Program-made: the position numbers and the translations under genes
Notes under the pieces: generated by a model
What the model saw: only the letters and a program-made list of their open reading frames with translations
Told to the model about the DNA's origin: nothing
Database searches by the model: none
NCBI RefSeq assembly: GCF_009914755.1
Contig: NC_060939.1
Length of the DNA stretch: 64,000 nucleotides
DNA from: the human T2T-CHM13v2.0 reference genome, Homo sapiens
Strand: one strand, 5' to 3'
Shown here: positions 1-16,285 of the stretch, one piece after another
Layout: each line of letters begins with the position of its first letter
How positions within the stretch are numbered: the first letter of the stretch is position 1

Positions 1-110
1 TTAATTTTATATAAATGAGATTATAATATATTTGCTGTTCATTAATGTGCTATTGAATTCAACAATGTAATAACATATTCCCATGGCGGTAAATAAACGT
101 GTATAATTTC

Positions 111-365
111 TTTTTTTTTTTAAGACAGGGTCTTGCACACTGCAGTCAAAACCTCCCAGGCTCAAGTCATCCTCCTATCTTAGCCTCCCGAGTGGCTGGG
201 ACCACAAGTGTGTGCCACCACTCACAGCTAATTTTTAATTTTTTGTAGAGATAGGATCTTACTATGCTGCCTAGGCTGGTCCCAAATTCCTGGGCTCAAG
301 CAATCCTCCCACTTCAGCCACCCAAAGTGCTGTGGGATTATAGGCATAAGCCACTGCACCTGGCT
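111..365 (-). mobile_element. Alu (J-like)
   Basis: Poly-T plus antisense Alu body. Confidence 0.9.
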
Positions 366-780
366 TATATTATTTTAATGGTTTGAGTATTGCCCTGTAT
401 GTGGATATGTATTTATGTATGTATGTATACACACCCTCCCCATAATTTTTGGACACGTGAACTGTTTTCATTTTCCAATATTATGAACAATGCTTTTAGG
501 AACATCCTTATGTATATTTCTTTTTAAACTATTGAGAATTAAAGATTGTAAATGCAATTAAAATATGTAACTTCAATCAATGTGGTGTTCAAGTTTCCAA
601 AAATGGAGTTTTCTAAAAACCTCAGAGATAAAGCAGCCAAACAACCATACTTTGCTCTATACCAATTGAGCAACTGGCTGGCTGATTATTCTAAACTGAC
701 AGTGTACTGGGCAACTGGCTAACAAGAAAACCAAACATTACCCTAAACACATTATAATCTCTCTTTAAAACCTCAACAGT

Positions 781-1220
781 AGCTGACATGGTGGCTCATG
801 TCTGCCAACCCAGCACTTTCAGAGGCTGAGGCAGGAGGATCACTGGAGACCAGGAGTTTAAGACCAGCCTGGGCAACACAGCAAAACCTCATCTTTACAA
901 ATAAATAAATAAAATAGGACGGGCATGGTGGCTCATGCCTGTAATCCCAGCACTTTGGGAGGCTGAGACGGCAGAACTGTTTGAGCCCAGGGGTTCGAGA
1001 CCAGCCTGGGCAACATAGGGAGACCTTGTCTCTACCAAAAATTAAAAAATTAGCCTGGCAGGGAGGCACGCTCCTGTAGTCCCAGCTACTCAGGAGGATG
1101 AGGTGGGAGGATTGCTTGAGTCCCAGAGATCAAGACTGCAGGGAGCTGTGATTGTGCCACTGTACTCCAGCCTGGGCGACAGAGTGAGACCTTGTCTCAA
1201 TCAATCAATAAATAAAATAA
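781..1220 (+). mobile_element. Alu monomer followed by full Alu
   Basis: Two Alu heads (~781, ~917). Confidence 0.9.
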
Positions 1221-1224
1221 AGCT

Positions 1225-2205
<981 letters not shown>

Positions 2206-2207
2206 AC

Positions 2208-2530
<323 letters not shown>

Positions 2531-2559
2531 TTATAATGGTAAATTCTGGATATCATCTC

Positions 2560-3228
<669 letters not shown>

Positions 3229-3239
3229 TATTTGTCTTA

Positions 3240-3760
3240 TGTTTAAGACAGACTCCAAGGAAGGAGATTCCATAACTTCCCTCGACAATTCATGCTGATG
3301 TTGAACAAGTTTCATGGTTTGGAACACTTTTATATTATACTCAAATCTCACTACTGAAACTTAAGCCTATTTTTCTTAAGTCCTCAGCAAAAAAATAAAA
3401 AAGCTCCTCAATAACCACGAATACTATTAAGTAGCTCTCTTCAAATAACAAAACTTTCTTTTCTCAGGCTTTCCTAGACTTTCTTTTCTTAGGCAAAGTA
3501 ATTTCAAATTCCTTTCACCTTTCCTCATTGGTCCTAGTTTTTAATTCTTTGATCATCTTTGAAGGCTCTTTCCTGAATCCACTTGAAGTTTTCTGCATTT
3601 TTCTTAAGATATAGAATCCATTAATCAAAGAATTCAGAAGTTTCTCCGAAGTTGTCTAGTCTATCCCTCTGCTTCTAGGAAGATTTTCTCTAAATCAATT
3701 CAGGCCAGACTGGAATGTTTGTATCTGTAGGAAGCGCTATGAAGAAAGAACTCATACCCT
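3240..3760 (-). mobile_element. L3/CR1 ancient LINE fragment(s)
   Basis: GACTCCAAGGAAGGAGATTCCATAACTTCCCT...TTCCTTTCACCTTTCCTCAT, CR1-type. Confidence 0.55.
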
Positions 3761-5382
3761 TGTTTGAGTATAAAATCAGCAATCATTAGAGTTGGACTTC
3801 AAGTGTCTCAAGACTTTCAGTAAAAAGAAAAGTACATAAGACTAATTATACTGTAGAGTCCCTTTCTTATTTATCTCTTCAGATAGAGAGGTATCATATC
3901 ACTCTTATGTCTCCATCTGGTTGCAGATATTCCACTGAATCACTATCAAAGCAGCCAGGTATAGAATTTTTCCATTAGCAAAATAACTAAGAATTCACAA
4001 GGAACCAAACAGAAACAGTGATGACAAATCAACATGGAACTAGAAGTCGATCAAAACACTAGAAAAGGGACTATTCTTTCCAGAGAAATCGCTTTTGGAT
4101 TCTGACAAACCACAGAGGCAATGAATTTTAAAAACCACACATCCTTCCTCAAATATTATACTCTCAATCTTCATGCTGGAAAGCATAATAGAAAATATTC
4201 AATCTGACGTTGGGTAGCCAAGCTAGTAAATTAAAAATGCAAAACTCCATAGAGTTCAAGGGTTGAAAGGCATACACATCACATATATTCAGACATGAGG
4301 GTCTTATTATGAAGACTGAGAGAATTACACACTTCAGCCAACTCCTTAGCACATGGCCATAGCCTGCTCAGCCAATTGGGCTTCAAGGTGCTTTTCTGGA
4401 AGCACTATAAGTAGAAGGCATTGCAAAACTCAGTCTACAAACTACAGAAGGCAGCAATATTAGCAGCACAGGAGATTTTTTTTTAAACCCAACTGTTAGA
4501 AAACCTCTGTTAAAAAGAACCCTAGAAATGTGGGTGATGGATAAAGGAGGGGCTCATTACACTATTTTGTTTACTTTGTGTACGATTTTTTTAAAGGTTT
4601 TTAGAAATCTAAGAAATCTAAGAAAAAAGAGTCCACAATGAAGATCCAAACAAAGTACAACAGAAACAGCAGCAGCAGAGCTTCCTTGCATTTCTGTGCC
4701 AGATGCTGATTACATTTCCATAGAGGGCTGTGCATTTGCCAGAATATTTACCATATTCTGGAAAACATATGCCTGCCTAAAATCCTAAACAAACAGCAGA
4801 CAGCTACCTTATAGGAGTGTAGTGCTTAAGGCAAATTGACCATTACAATCCAAAGAGCTCAATTACTGCCTTCATATCTTCCTTTGGAGAACAGAAGCCC
4901 AAAAGCAAGAATGAAAGCCTGTAGACAAAACTGTTATCCTCTAAAATGGCTTTGAGACTTATTTGAAAGAGAAATGCGGTACTGAGTCACACCATACTAG
5001 ATTGTAAGAGTTCCATTTTTAGCTTTAAATAGTGGCCATACAAAGCAGAATAAAAGTTTTTAAAAAGGAAATGAAATGTAACGATCAATCATGTCAACAA
5101 TATGTTATGTAAGCTTATCTATACAGGTTGATTGGTATAACCTGGCAGAAGAAATCAAGATGAAAGAACTGTCCCTAACAGAAAGCCTAACAAATATGTA
5201 GTAATGTAGCAAATTTTTAAAGTGTTTTAGGAAGTGCTTTGTTCTCTTAGAAGTCCCAAATAATCAAAGATTATTCCAACTTATCAGAATAATAAAACAG
5301 AAAAAGTAAAAAAAGCAGGTGTACTAGAGAACACTTTTAAGAATAACCAAATTCCTATAAATTAAAAAATATGGTTAATATT

Positions 5383-5675
5383 ATTTTTTTGAGACAGGGT
5401 ATCACTCTGTCACCCAGGCTGAGTGCAGAGGTGCAAGCAATCTCAGCTCACTGCAGTCTCGACTTCCTGGGCTCAGGTGACTTCTTCCACATCAGCCTCC
5501 AAAGTAGTGGGGACTATAGGTGTGTGCCAGCATACCTGACTAATTTTTTGTATTTTTTGTAGAGACAGGGTTTTGCCTTGTTGCCCAGGCTGGTCTTGAA
5601 CTTCTGGGCTCAAGCAATCTGCCTGCCTTGGCTTCCTAAAGTGCTTGAATTACAGGCATGAGCCACTGTGTCTGT
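5383..5675 (-). mobile_element. Alu (J-like)
   Basis: Full dimer. Confidence 0.92.
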
Positions 5676-5989
5676 TCGGTTAATCCTCTAATATTCAATC
5701 TAAGAGGATATTTGACCTGCATTGTTACATGTATTACCTCTCTTCCTGCTCCCATCTATCCAACAAGAGTTCCAAGTCAAAATACAAAAATACTTGGTTT
5801 CCTAGAAGGTACCTGCTGCTCTAAGCCCTGCTCCCTGTCCACCCACCCCTTTGTAGGGAAACAAATCTGGTAACTGTCAGTTCCTCACAAGACAACCCTA
5901 ACTCCTCCACAAGCAAGCTGGATGAGAAGAACAACCAATCACAGAACAAGTGTGGATGTGGTAAGTGCAATTCATTAGAAAATAACAAT

Positions 5990-6280
5990 GCCAGGCGTGG
6001 TGGCTCACGCCTGTAATCCCAGCACTTTGGGAGGCCGAGCTGGGCAACATGATGAAATCCCATCTCTACAAAAAATACAAAATTAGCCAGGTGTGGTGGC
6101 ATGTAGTCTGTAGTCCCACCTACTTAGGAGGCAGACTGAAGTGGGAAGATTGCTTGAGCCCAGGAGGCGGAGGTTGCAGTGAGCCAAGATCACATCACTG
6201 CACTCCAGCCTGGGCAACACTGTGAGACCCTGTCTCCAAAAAAAAAAAAATAAAGAAAGAAAGAAAAAGAAAAGAAAAGA
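5990..6280 (+). mobile_element. Alu with left-arm deletion
   Basis: GAGGCCGAG joined directly to CTGGGCAAC. Confidence 0.92.
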
Positions 6281-7054
6281 ATAGCATAGATTTCCTTCAA
6301 TTTCCTTCAACCATTAACTCCTCTGGCTTCCAACTAATAAAACAAAGCTACCTGTAAATCCTGGGACACTTACTATGAGGACAAACACAGAGTTTCAGTG
6401 AAACTAGTCATACGAAACATTTCACATGAAAAAATGGTTTTGTTATCAACCTTAAATATAAGATAAAGAATTCTGTCTTTTAAAATTATTAGTCCTCAAA
6501 AATAATAAAATTATTACTTTTTTAAATAGGATATCATTTTCTATGACTAGTTTAATTATTCACAAGGTTAGTACTAATATACCAATTGACTTCTTTGCTT
6601 CTAATATGACCATATGGTATGTTTTCCATGCTTGACAGATTTTTAAGGCCATGATTAGATGATCAGTTATGATTTTCTTCTAAGTACAAAAAATAAATCA
6701 GTTAAGTTAGAGAAAAAAACAGTAAAATTTTTGAATGATTTTATCTTTTTAAGATACCTCTGTGAAAGATTAAGTTCACAGAGTTACTAGTTCTTCCAGC
6801 TTTTTTTAATCAACTAATTTTTGAGTCATCATTGCTAACACTAAAGTTAGTATCATTTAACTATATAGTGTTATATAGTATACAGTGATTCATCACTGTT
6901 AACACTATAAATGAAGAAAAATGTGGGATCATACACAAAAAAAACCCCAAACCATTAGCAGTTTTGCGAATGAATGCTTAAAACTATTTCCTATAAAAAG
7001 ATATAAGCAATGGGAGCACCAAAACATTAATTACCACAAACAGATTCTACTCAC

Positions 7055-7095
7055 CAGTTTGATTGCTACATATTCATTGGTGTAGAGATTTTTAC
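7055..7095 (-). CDS. CSNK1G1: CSNK1G1 41-nt coding exon, (G)KNLYTNEYVAIKL, contains VAIK ATP-binding lysine
   Basis: Acceptor TTCTGCTTTCCTCTTAG|GT and donor CTG|GTGAGT; phase 1 start matches the upstream exon and gives ...ELRLGKNLYTNEYVAIKL. Confidence 0.96.
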
Positions 7096-7329
7096 CTAAG
7101 AGGAAAGCAGAATGTATATGTTTTAGTGACATTTATTCTGGGAAAAGCAAAGCAAAATATTAGCTTACAGGGTCATGAGAAAGGTTATATTCCCAATGCT
7201 GTTCACATAAATGAAACTTGATTTATAAGCGAAAAGCTACAGAGATAATGAGATCTAGCAAGGCTAGAACAGCTTGAAAATTTAGAAATTTAAGCTATAC
7301 CTGAGAATTTTCCTAAAAGAGAAAACAAA

Positions 7330-7337
<8 letters not shown>

Positions 7338-7384
<47 letters not shown>
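7338..7384. repeat. (AC)~23 microsatellite, (UG)n on the pre-mRNA
   Basis: Direct reading. Confidence 0.97.
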
Positions 7385-7386
<2 letters not shown>

Positions 7387-8327
7387 CATGCATATTAATA
7401 TTTCCCAACTATTAAGCCACAAGGCAATTCAAGAAGAAATGCCAGAATTTCAAAGAGATTTTAGCTCTTGGCACAATAAACACAAACCTTCATTCTTCGA
7501 ACTAACTGGCAAATAGAATTCTATATATTTTGTCATGGTATTTCGTGTCAACTTTGGATGGCATAAAGGACAGTGTGAATAAAACCAATTATTGCCCAAA
7601 CCTACTTTTGGAGAATTCATCTACTGCTTGTAAGGAGATGATTCTCAAAGCTGTTTTGACTGTTTACCAGAACAACAGACTTATATCTTTAACTATTTAC
7701 AGGAAACAGATCTTCAGCTAGACAACACTTACACATCTCAAAGTTCTTCCTGCAATAACGGTTTTTCCTTTAAACTTTCCTATTTCTACAAATGTAATCA
7801 ATATTCCCAGACGTTTAGACTAAGAACTTGGAATGATGATGAGGGCCAGAGCAACAACATTCACTTACTGAACCTGTAATATATGCTGGATACTCAGCTC
7901 CTCTCACCTCCCCATCCTCACTAATCCTTGGAAGCCTTAACTTTAATTCCTCCTGAGTGCTTAGTACATATCATGTAGTTCAGCCACTGCACTGAACTTC
8001 GCATCTCTTCTTACACGTTTGCCTTCTTATCCAGCTAGAGTGTAAATATCTTGAGGATAGGGATTTTAAGTTTTCTCAATACCCTATGGTGCTTAAGACC
8101 ATGTTCAGCACATATAAAACACTCAAAATCTCGACTGATTAAAAGTTATTGGTACTGTACGTACAGCATAACTATTTTTAAAATATACCAGTAAATGTTA
8201 TATTTCTGTAATACATAGCGGAATATATGTGCGTGAAAAAGAATATAAAAGGAATATAAAATAGTTTTACTATTTTAGTATTTTCTGATTTTTATATAAT
8301 GCATTGTTTTTATAAATAAAAAAACAA

Positions 8328-8620
8328 GCTGGGTGTGGTGTAATCCCAACACTTTGGGAGGCTGAGGCAGGTGGATCACTTGAGGTCAGGAGTTCAAGAC
8401 CAGCCTGGCCAACATGGTGAAACCCTGTCTCTACTAAAAATACAAAAATTAGCCGGGGGTGGTGGTGAATACTTGTAATCTCAGCTACTTGGGAGGCTGA
8501 GGTGGGAAAATCGCTTGAACCCAGGAGGTGTAGGCTACAGTAAGCCAAGATTACACCACTGTACTCCAGCCTGGGCAACAGAGTGAGACTCCATCTCATA
8601 AATAAACAAACAAACAAAAA
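8328..8620 (+). mobile_element. Alu
   Basis: Dimer plus tail. Confidence 0.93.
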
Positions 8621-9177
8621 AAGCTGCTTACAATACAAATTCTCATTTACAAACCTCTAGACAACAGAAGGCCCTCTGCAATATAACTACATCATTAAAC
8701 TTTTCATACTGCCATCAGATTGCGAGTACCTTTACGTGTCAAAGAGTACACTAATTTAGGAATAATTTTTGTCTGCAAGTAAGATAAAAAGAAGACTAAC
8801 AGGTTGGTTTCTTAGGTCAAACACCTCAGAAACCATAAGATGAATAACTTCTTTTTTAGGGGAGCACAAGTCAAAAATAGGCATTTCTCTCATATATATA
8901 GTGTTTGCATTAACCTTCTAAAGGTTACTTTATGTTTCTTATTAATGTTCCCACCAAAGCCATTTTAAAATATATTTCATGAAATTATAAAAAGGATAGT
9001 AATAAGTAAGAGAGGAACAGATGAGGCAGTAACAAACAGCCAATTCCCAGGCCGATTAAAACTTTAATTTGGCCCAGGACTTCTTGCACACCAGATGTGA
9101 CTCTGCGCAAAGATTTTTCAGGACAGCTCTTCCTGAAATGAAATGAGCATTGTTACTGTGACTTAAAACTAGTTTTA

Positions 9178-9821
<644 letters not shown>

Positions 9822-10656
9822 TTAATACCATTTTTCCCTGTTCCTACTTCCTGTATAATTGCAGAACATCAATGCTATCTTAAAGTTTAAAATGAAAGGT
9901 TTTATGACCTGATAAGATCTGTGATTTTGCATGAGCATTGTGAGGTAGTACAAGATTAACTAGAAAAATAAGAGAACAGAAGTAGGGAAAAGCATGTGAA
10001 TATTTAATGCCCATCTACACAGATACCAGACATCTAAGATGAGCAACCTCAGTTCTCACCCTTCATAGACTGTATTCTAGCTCCTCACACAAGGTCTTGT
10101 ATGTGGTGGCTCAAAAGTGTGTCAAATAAATCACATGATATAGTGAGTGTTAAAACAGAAATACAAATGAGTCAGTAGAAGAGCTTGGATACGGAGGGTA
10201 GTGAATTTGGGCACAAGCAGCACTTGAAGTGAGTCCTGACGGATGAACAGAGGAGAGAATAAAAGGCATTTTCTATTTTTAAAAAATACTAATTTGAACA
10301 ATGATATGGATAAATGATAGAAAATGCACAGGATGTGATATACTGTGGGTAGACCCATATAATCGGAGCACATAGTGTGTGGGAAGAAACAGAAGAAAAG
10401 CCATAAACATCCACTAAGCTAAGGACAGGTTATGAATAATATCCAATGCCAGGTCCCCACTCTGAGGTATGTACCTGTGGGTACTTGGAAGTGTGCCAAG
10501 GCCTTTGTGCACTAAGCTACAGGACAAGTAAGATACACTTTTCTTGGATCCTAATTTTCATTTGAAGATTTGGATAAAGTCTTTTTATTTACATAAAAAC
10601 AAACCTACTATATTATAGAAATTGTGCATAGATTTCTTTTGAAGAAAAAGATGCAG

Positions 10657-10957
<301 letters not shown>

Positions 10958-11017
10958 GCAAGAGTTCAAAGAAATCCTGGGCACTTACATATTTGTTTCT
11001 TCCACAAGAAGTCTTGA

Positions 11018-11345
<328 letters not shown>

Positions 11346-13131
11346 CAGTGTGCAACCTTTTCCTTATTTTTCCTGCATTTAGCTGGGCAGCCGCTTTTCA
11401 CAGTGCAGTTGACTTTCAACTAAATTTTCCATTTTTAGCCCCTTCTGCATCCCACCTTTGTGAAGTTCCTAGTGTCTCCAATTCCTAAGCCTATCTGGTA
11501 TATTTTATAGCATTAACCGGCCTGCCCCTTCAGGCACTCAGCCTTGTCTGGAGTGCTAAGTCAGTTACCACCTAACCATCTGTGTTTCAGCTTCCAAAAT
11601 TTTGTTAACATTTCTCAGTCTGTTTTCACTTTCTCTTCCATTTTTTTGGTTCCTTGTGGTTTTATGCCTTTTTGTTTACCAAAAAAAAAAAAAAAAAAAA
11701 AAAAAGCCCTTTTCTAAATATACTTTCTAGTCTTAAGACTAAGCCAGCACCCAATTTCATAAACTTCTACCTATAATTATTTATGCATATATTTTTTACT
11801 TCCACTCGGCAGTAAATTTCCAGAGGACAGTAACGTTTAATTCATCTTTTTATCCCTAGAAACAAACATAGTATCTGACATTCAGTAGGTAAGAGATGCT
11901 AAAGTGAACAACTTGACTTGATATATGTAGAAAGTTCTTGTGAGAAAGTTCTTGGGTGATAAAAAAGAAAGGCTAGTTTAGAATAAGATTATAGATAATC
12001 CTAAATGCAAATATAGGAGTTTTAACTTCATTCTTCGGTTTGCTGTGAACGAAGGGGAAAAGCAAATGGTGAAGTTGTATTTTTACAATATTAATCTGAC
12101 AACTATATGAGAACAAATGTTTAAAAATCTGAAGAAATGGAATAGTTCCTGGAAACATACATACAACCTACCAAGATTGAGTCAGAAGAAATAGAAAACC
12201 TGAAGAGAATAACAAGTAATAAGATGGAAGCAATGATAAAGACTCCCCCAGCAAAGAAAAAGCCCAGGACCTGATGGCTTCACTGCTGAATTCTATCCAA
12301 CATTGAAAGAAAAAATATAAATTCTTTTCAAACTATTTCAAAAAACCAAAGAGGAGGGGAATAATACTTCTAAACTTATTCTGAGTCCAGCATTACACTG
12401 ATACCAAAACCAGGCCAGGATAAAACAAAATAAAACTACAGGCCAATATCCCTGATGAAAACAGAGGCACAAATCGTCAACAAAATACTAACAAACTAAA
12501 TCCAACAACACACTAAAAGATGATTCACCATGATCACATGGGATGTATCCCGGGGATGTTAAGGATGCTTGAATATATGCATATCAATACACGTGACACG
12601 TCACATGAACAGAATGAAAGACAAAAACCATATGATCATCTCAACAGACACAGAAAAGACATTTGATAAAATTCAACATCCCTTCATGATAAAAACTCTC
12701 AATAAATTAGGCATAAAAGGAACACATTTCAACATAATAAAGGCCATATATGACAAACTCACAGCTAATATCAGACTGAATGGGGAAAAATTAAAAGCTT
12801 TTCCTCAAAAGACTAGAACAAGACAAGGATGCCCACTTTCACCAATTTTATACAACATAGTATTCAAAGCCCTATCCAGACCAATGAGGCAAAAGAAAGG
12901 GCATCCAAATAGGAAAGGAGGAAATCAAACTGTTCCTGTTTGCAGACCACATAATCATATATATAGAAAATCCCAAAGACTCCACCAAAAAACTATTAGA
13001 ATAAATGAATTCAGTAAAGTTACAGGATACAAAATTAACATACAAAAATTAGTAGCATTTCTAATGCCAAAAACAAACCAGTGGAAAAAGAAATTGAGAA
13101 TATAATCGGAGCACACAGTGTGTGGGAGGAA

Positions 13132-13492
13132 ATATGGTTTGGCTGTGTCCCCACCCAAATCTCATCTTGAATCATAGCTCCCATAAGTCCCATGTATAGT
13201 GGGAGAGACCCAGAGGGAGGTAACTGAATCATGGGGTGGGTTTTTCACATGCTGTTCTCATGATAGTGAATAAGTCTCACAAGATCTGATGGTTTTATAA
13301 AGGGGAGTTCCCTTGCACATGCTCTCTTTGCCTGCTGCCATGTAAGATGTGACTTTGCTCCTCCTTTGCTTTCTGCCATGATTGTGAGGCCTCCCAGCTA
13401 TGTGGAACTATGAATCAATTAAACCTCTTTCCTTTATAAATTAGCCAGTCTTGGGTATGTCTTTATTACTGGCATGAGAACAGACTAATACA
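13132..13492 (+). mobile_element. THE1-family MaLR solo LTR
   Basis: ATATGGTTTGGCTGTGTCCCCACCCAAATCTCATCTTGAAT...GAACAGACTAATACA, ~360 bp. Confidence 0.92.
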
Positions 13493-13653
13493 GAAGACAA
13501 TCCCATTTACAATAGCTTTAAAAAAAAAAAAAAACCTAGGAATAAATTCAACCAAAGGGGTGAATGATCTCTACAAGGGAAACTATAAAATACCAACAAA
13601 AGAAACTGAAGAACACACACACCAAAAATGAAATATATCCATTGGAAGAAAAT

Positions 13654-13925
13654 TGGCCAGTCACAGTGGCTTATGCCTATTACTGCCAGCACTTTAGCAG
13701 GAGGCCAAGGCAGGAGGATCATTTCAGGCCAGGAGTTTGAGAGCAGCTAAGCAACATATGAGACACTGCATCTGCAAAAAAAAATTTTTAATTAGCCAGG
13801 TGTAGGGGTAAGTGCCTATAATCCTAGCTAGTAGGTAGACTGAGATGGGAAGAATGTTTGAGTCTAGGATCTTTGAGATCATGTCACTACACTCCAGCCG
13901 AGGTGACAAAACAAGACCTTGTCTC
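13654..13925 (+). mobile_element. Alu (J-like)
   Basis: Diverged dimer; tail displaced to ~14249. Confidence 0.9.
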
Positions 13926-14234
13926 TTTTTTTTTTTTGGAGACAGAGTCTCGCTCTGTTGCCAGGCTGCAGTGCAGCGACACGATCTCGGCTCAATGCAA
14001 ACTCTGCCTACCGGGTTCAAGCAATTCTCCTGCCTCAGCCTCCTGAGTAGCTGGGACTATAGGCATGAGGACCACACCCTGCTAATTTTTGAATTTTTAG
14101 TAGAGACAGGGTTTCACCATATTGGCCAGGATGATCTAGATCTCCTGACCTCATGATCCACTGACCTCGTGATCCACCCGCCTTGGCCTCCCAAAGTGCT
14201 GGGATTACAGGAACAAGCCACCACACCCAGCCCC
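13926..14234 (-). mobile_element. Alu inserted in the tail of the preceding Alu
   Basis: TSD GACCTTGTCTCTT. Confidence 0.93.
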
Positions 14235-14842
14235 TGACCTTGTCTCTTAAAAAAAATAAAAATAAAAAATCGGAAGAATATTGTTACAATGTCCATTCCA
14301 CCCAAAGCGATCTACAAGATTCAATGCAATCTCTATCAAAATACCAATGACATTCAACACAGAAAGAGAAAAAAAAATCCTAAAATTCATATGGAACCAC
14401 AAAAGATTCCAAATAGCCAAAATAATCTTGGGCAAAAAGAACAAAGCCAAAAGAATCACTCTACCCAATGCAAAAATCTCCTAGAAAACTATAGTAACCA
14501 AAGCAGCATGGCACTGGCATAAAAACACACAAGTGAAACAGAATAGAGAACTCAGAAATAAATCTCCACATTTACAGGTAACTGATTTTCGACAAAGATG
14601 CCAAGAATATACACTGGGGAAAACAGTCTCTTCAATAAATGGTACTAGGAAAACTGGATATTCACACATAGAAGGAAGAAAGTAGACCCTTATCTCTCAC
14701 CTTATGCAAAAATCAACTCAAAATGAATTAAAGACTTAAATGTAAGACCCAAAACTATAAAACTACTAGAATAAAACACAAGGGAAATGCTTCATGACAT
14801 TCTCTAGGCAAAGATGTTTTGGATGGGACCTCAAAAGCAAAG

Positions 14843-15154
<312 letters not shown>

Positions 15155-15689
15155 CAGCACTGGCAACAAAAGTGAAAACAGGCAAATGGGATTATATCAA
15201 ATTTAAAAGTTTCTCAACAGAGTGAAGAGACAACCTAGAGGGAAAAAATATTTGCAAATTATTCATCTGACAAAGGGTTAATATCCAGACCATATAAGGA
15301 ACTTGAACAACTCACTAACAAAAAACCCCAAATAATCCAATTTAAAAATGGGCAAAAAACCAAAATGGACATTTCTCAAAAGAAGACATTCAAATGGCTA
15401 GCAGATACATGACAAAATGTTCAACATTACAAATCATCAGGGAAATCAAGTCGAAACCACAATGAGAAACCACCTCACTCCAGTTAAAATGGCAATTATC
15501 AAAAAAACAAATGCTGGCAAGAATGTGAAGAGAGGGAAATTTTTATACTCTGTTGGTAGGAATGTAGATTAGTACAGCCATTATGGAAAACAATATGAAG
15601 AGTTCTCAAAAAATTAAAAACAAAACTACCATATGACCCAACAATTCCACTACTGGGTATATATTCAAAGGAATTGAAACCAGTATGTC

Positions 15690-15830
15690 AGCCAGACATG
15701 GTGGCTCATGCCTGTAGTTCCAACACTTTGGGAAGCCAAGGTGAGAGGATCACTTGAGCCCAGGAGTTCAAGACCAGCCTGAACAACATGGCAAAACCCA
15801 TCTCTACAAAAAAATAAAGTAAAATAAATT
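15690..15830 (+). mobile_element. Alu monomer (FLAM-like)
   Basis: Single left arm; GAAACCAGTATG flanks. Confidence 0.85.
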
Positions 15831-16285
15831 TTATTTTTTAAATAAAATTGGGGAGGGGAGGGGAGGAAACCAGTATGCCAAAAAGATATCTGCACTCCCA
15901 TGTTTACTGCAGCATATTGACAATAGCCAAGATATGAAATCAACCTAAGTGTACATCAATAGATGAAAAGAAAATGTACATATATACAATAGAATACTAT
16001 TCAGCTATAAAAAGGAAGTGCTGTCATTTGTGGCAAAGGAATAAACATGGAGAACATGTTAAGTGAAATTAGCCAGGCACAGAAACACAAATCCTGCATC
16101 ATCTCACTTATATGTGGAATCTAGGAAAGCTGATCTCATAGGAGAGAACAGAATGGTGGTTATCAGAGGCTGGGGAGGGAGAAGGAAGAGGAATAAGGAA
16201 AGGTTTGTCAATGGGTACAAAGTTACAGTGAGATTTTAAGAATAAGTTCTAGTGTTCTATTAAGTAGTAGAATGACTATAGCTAA

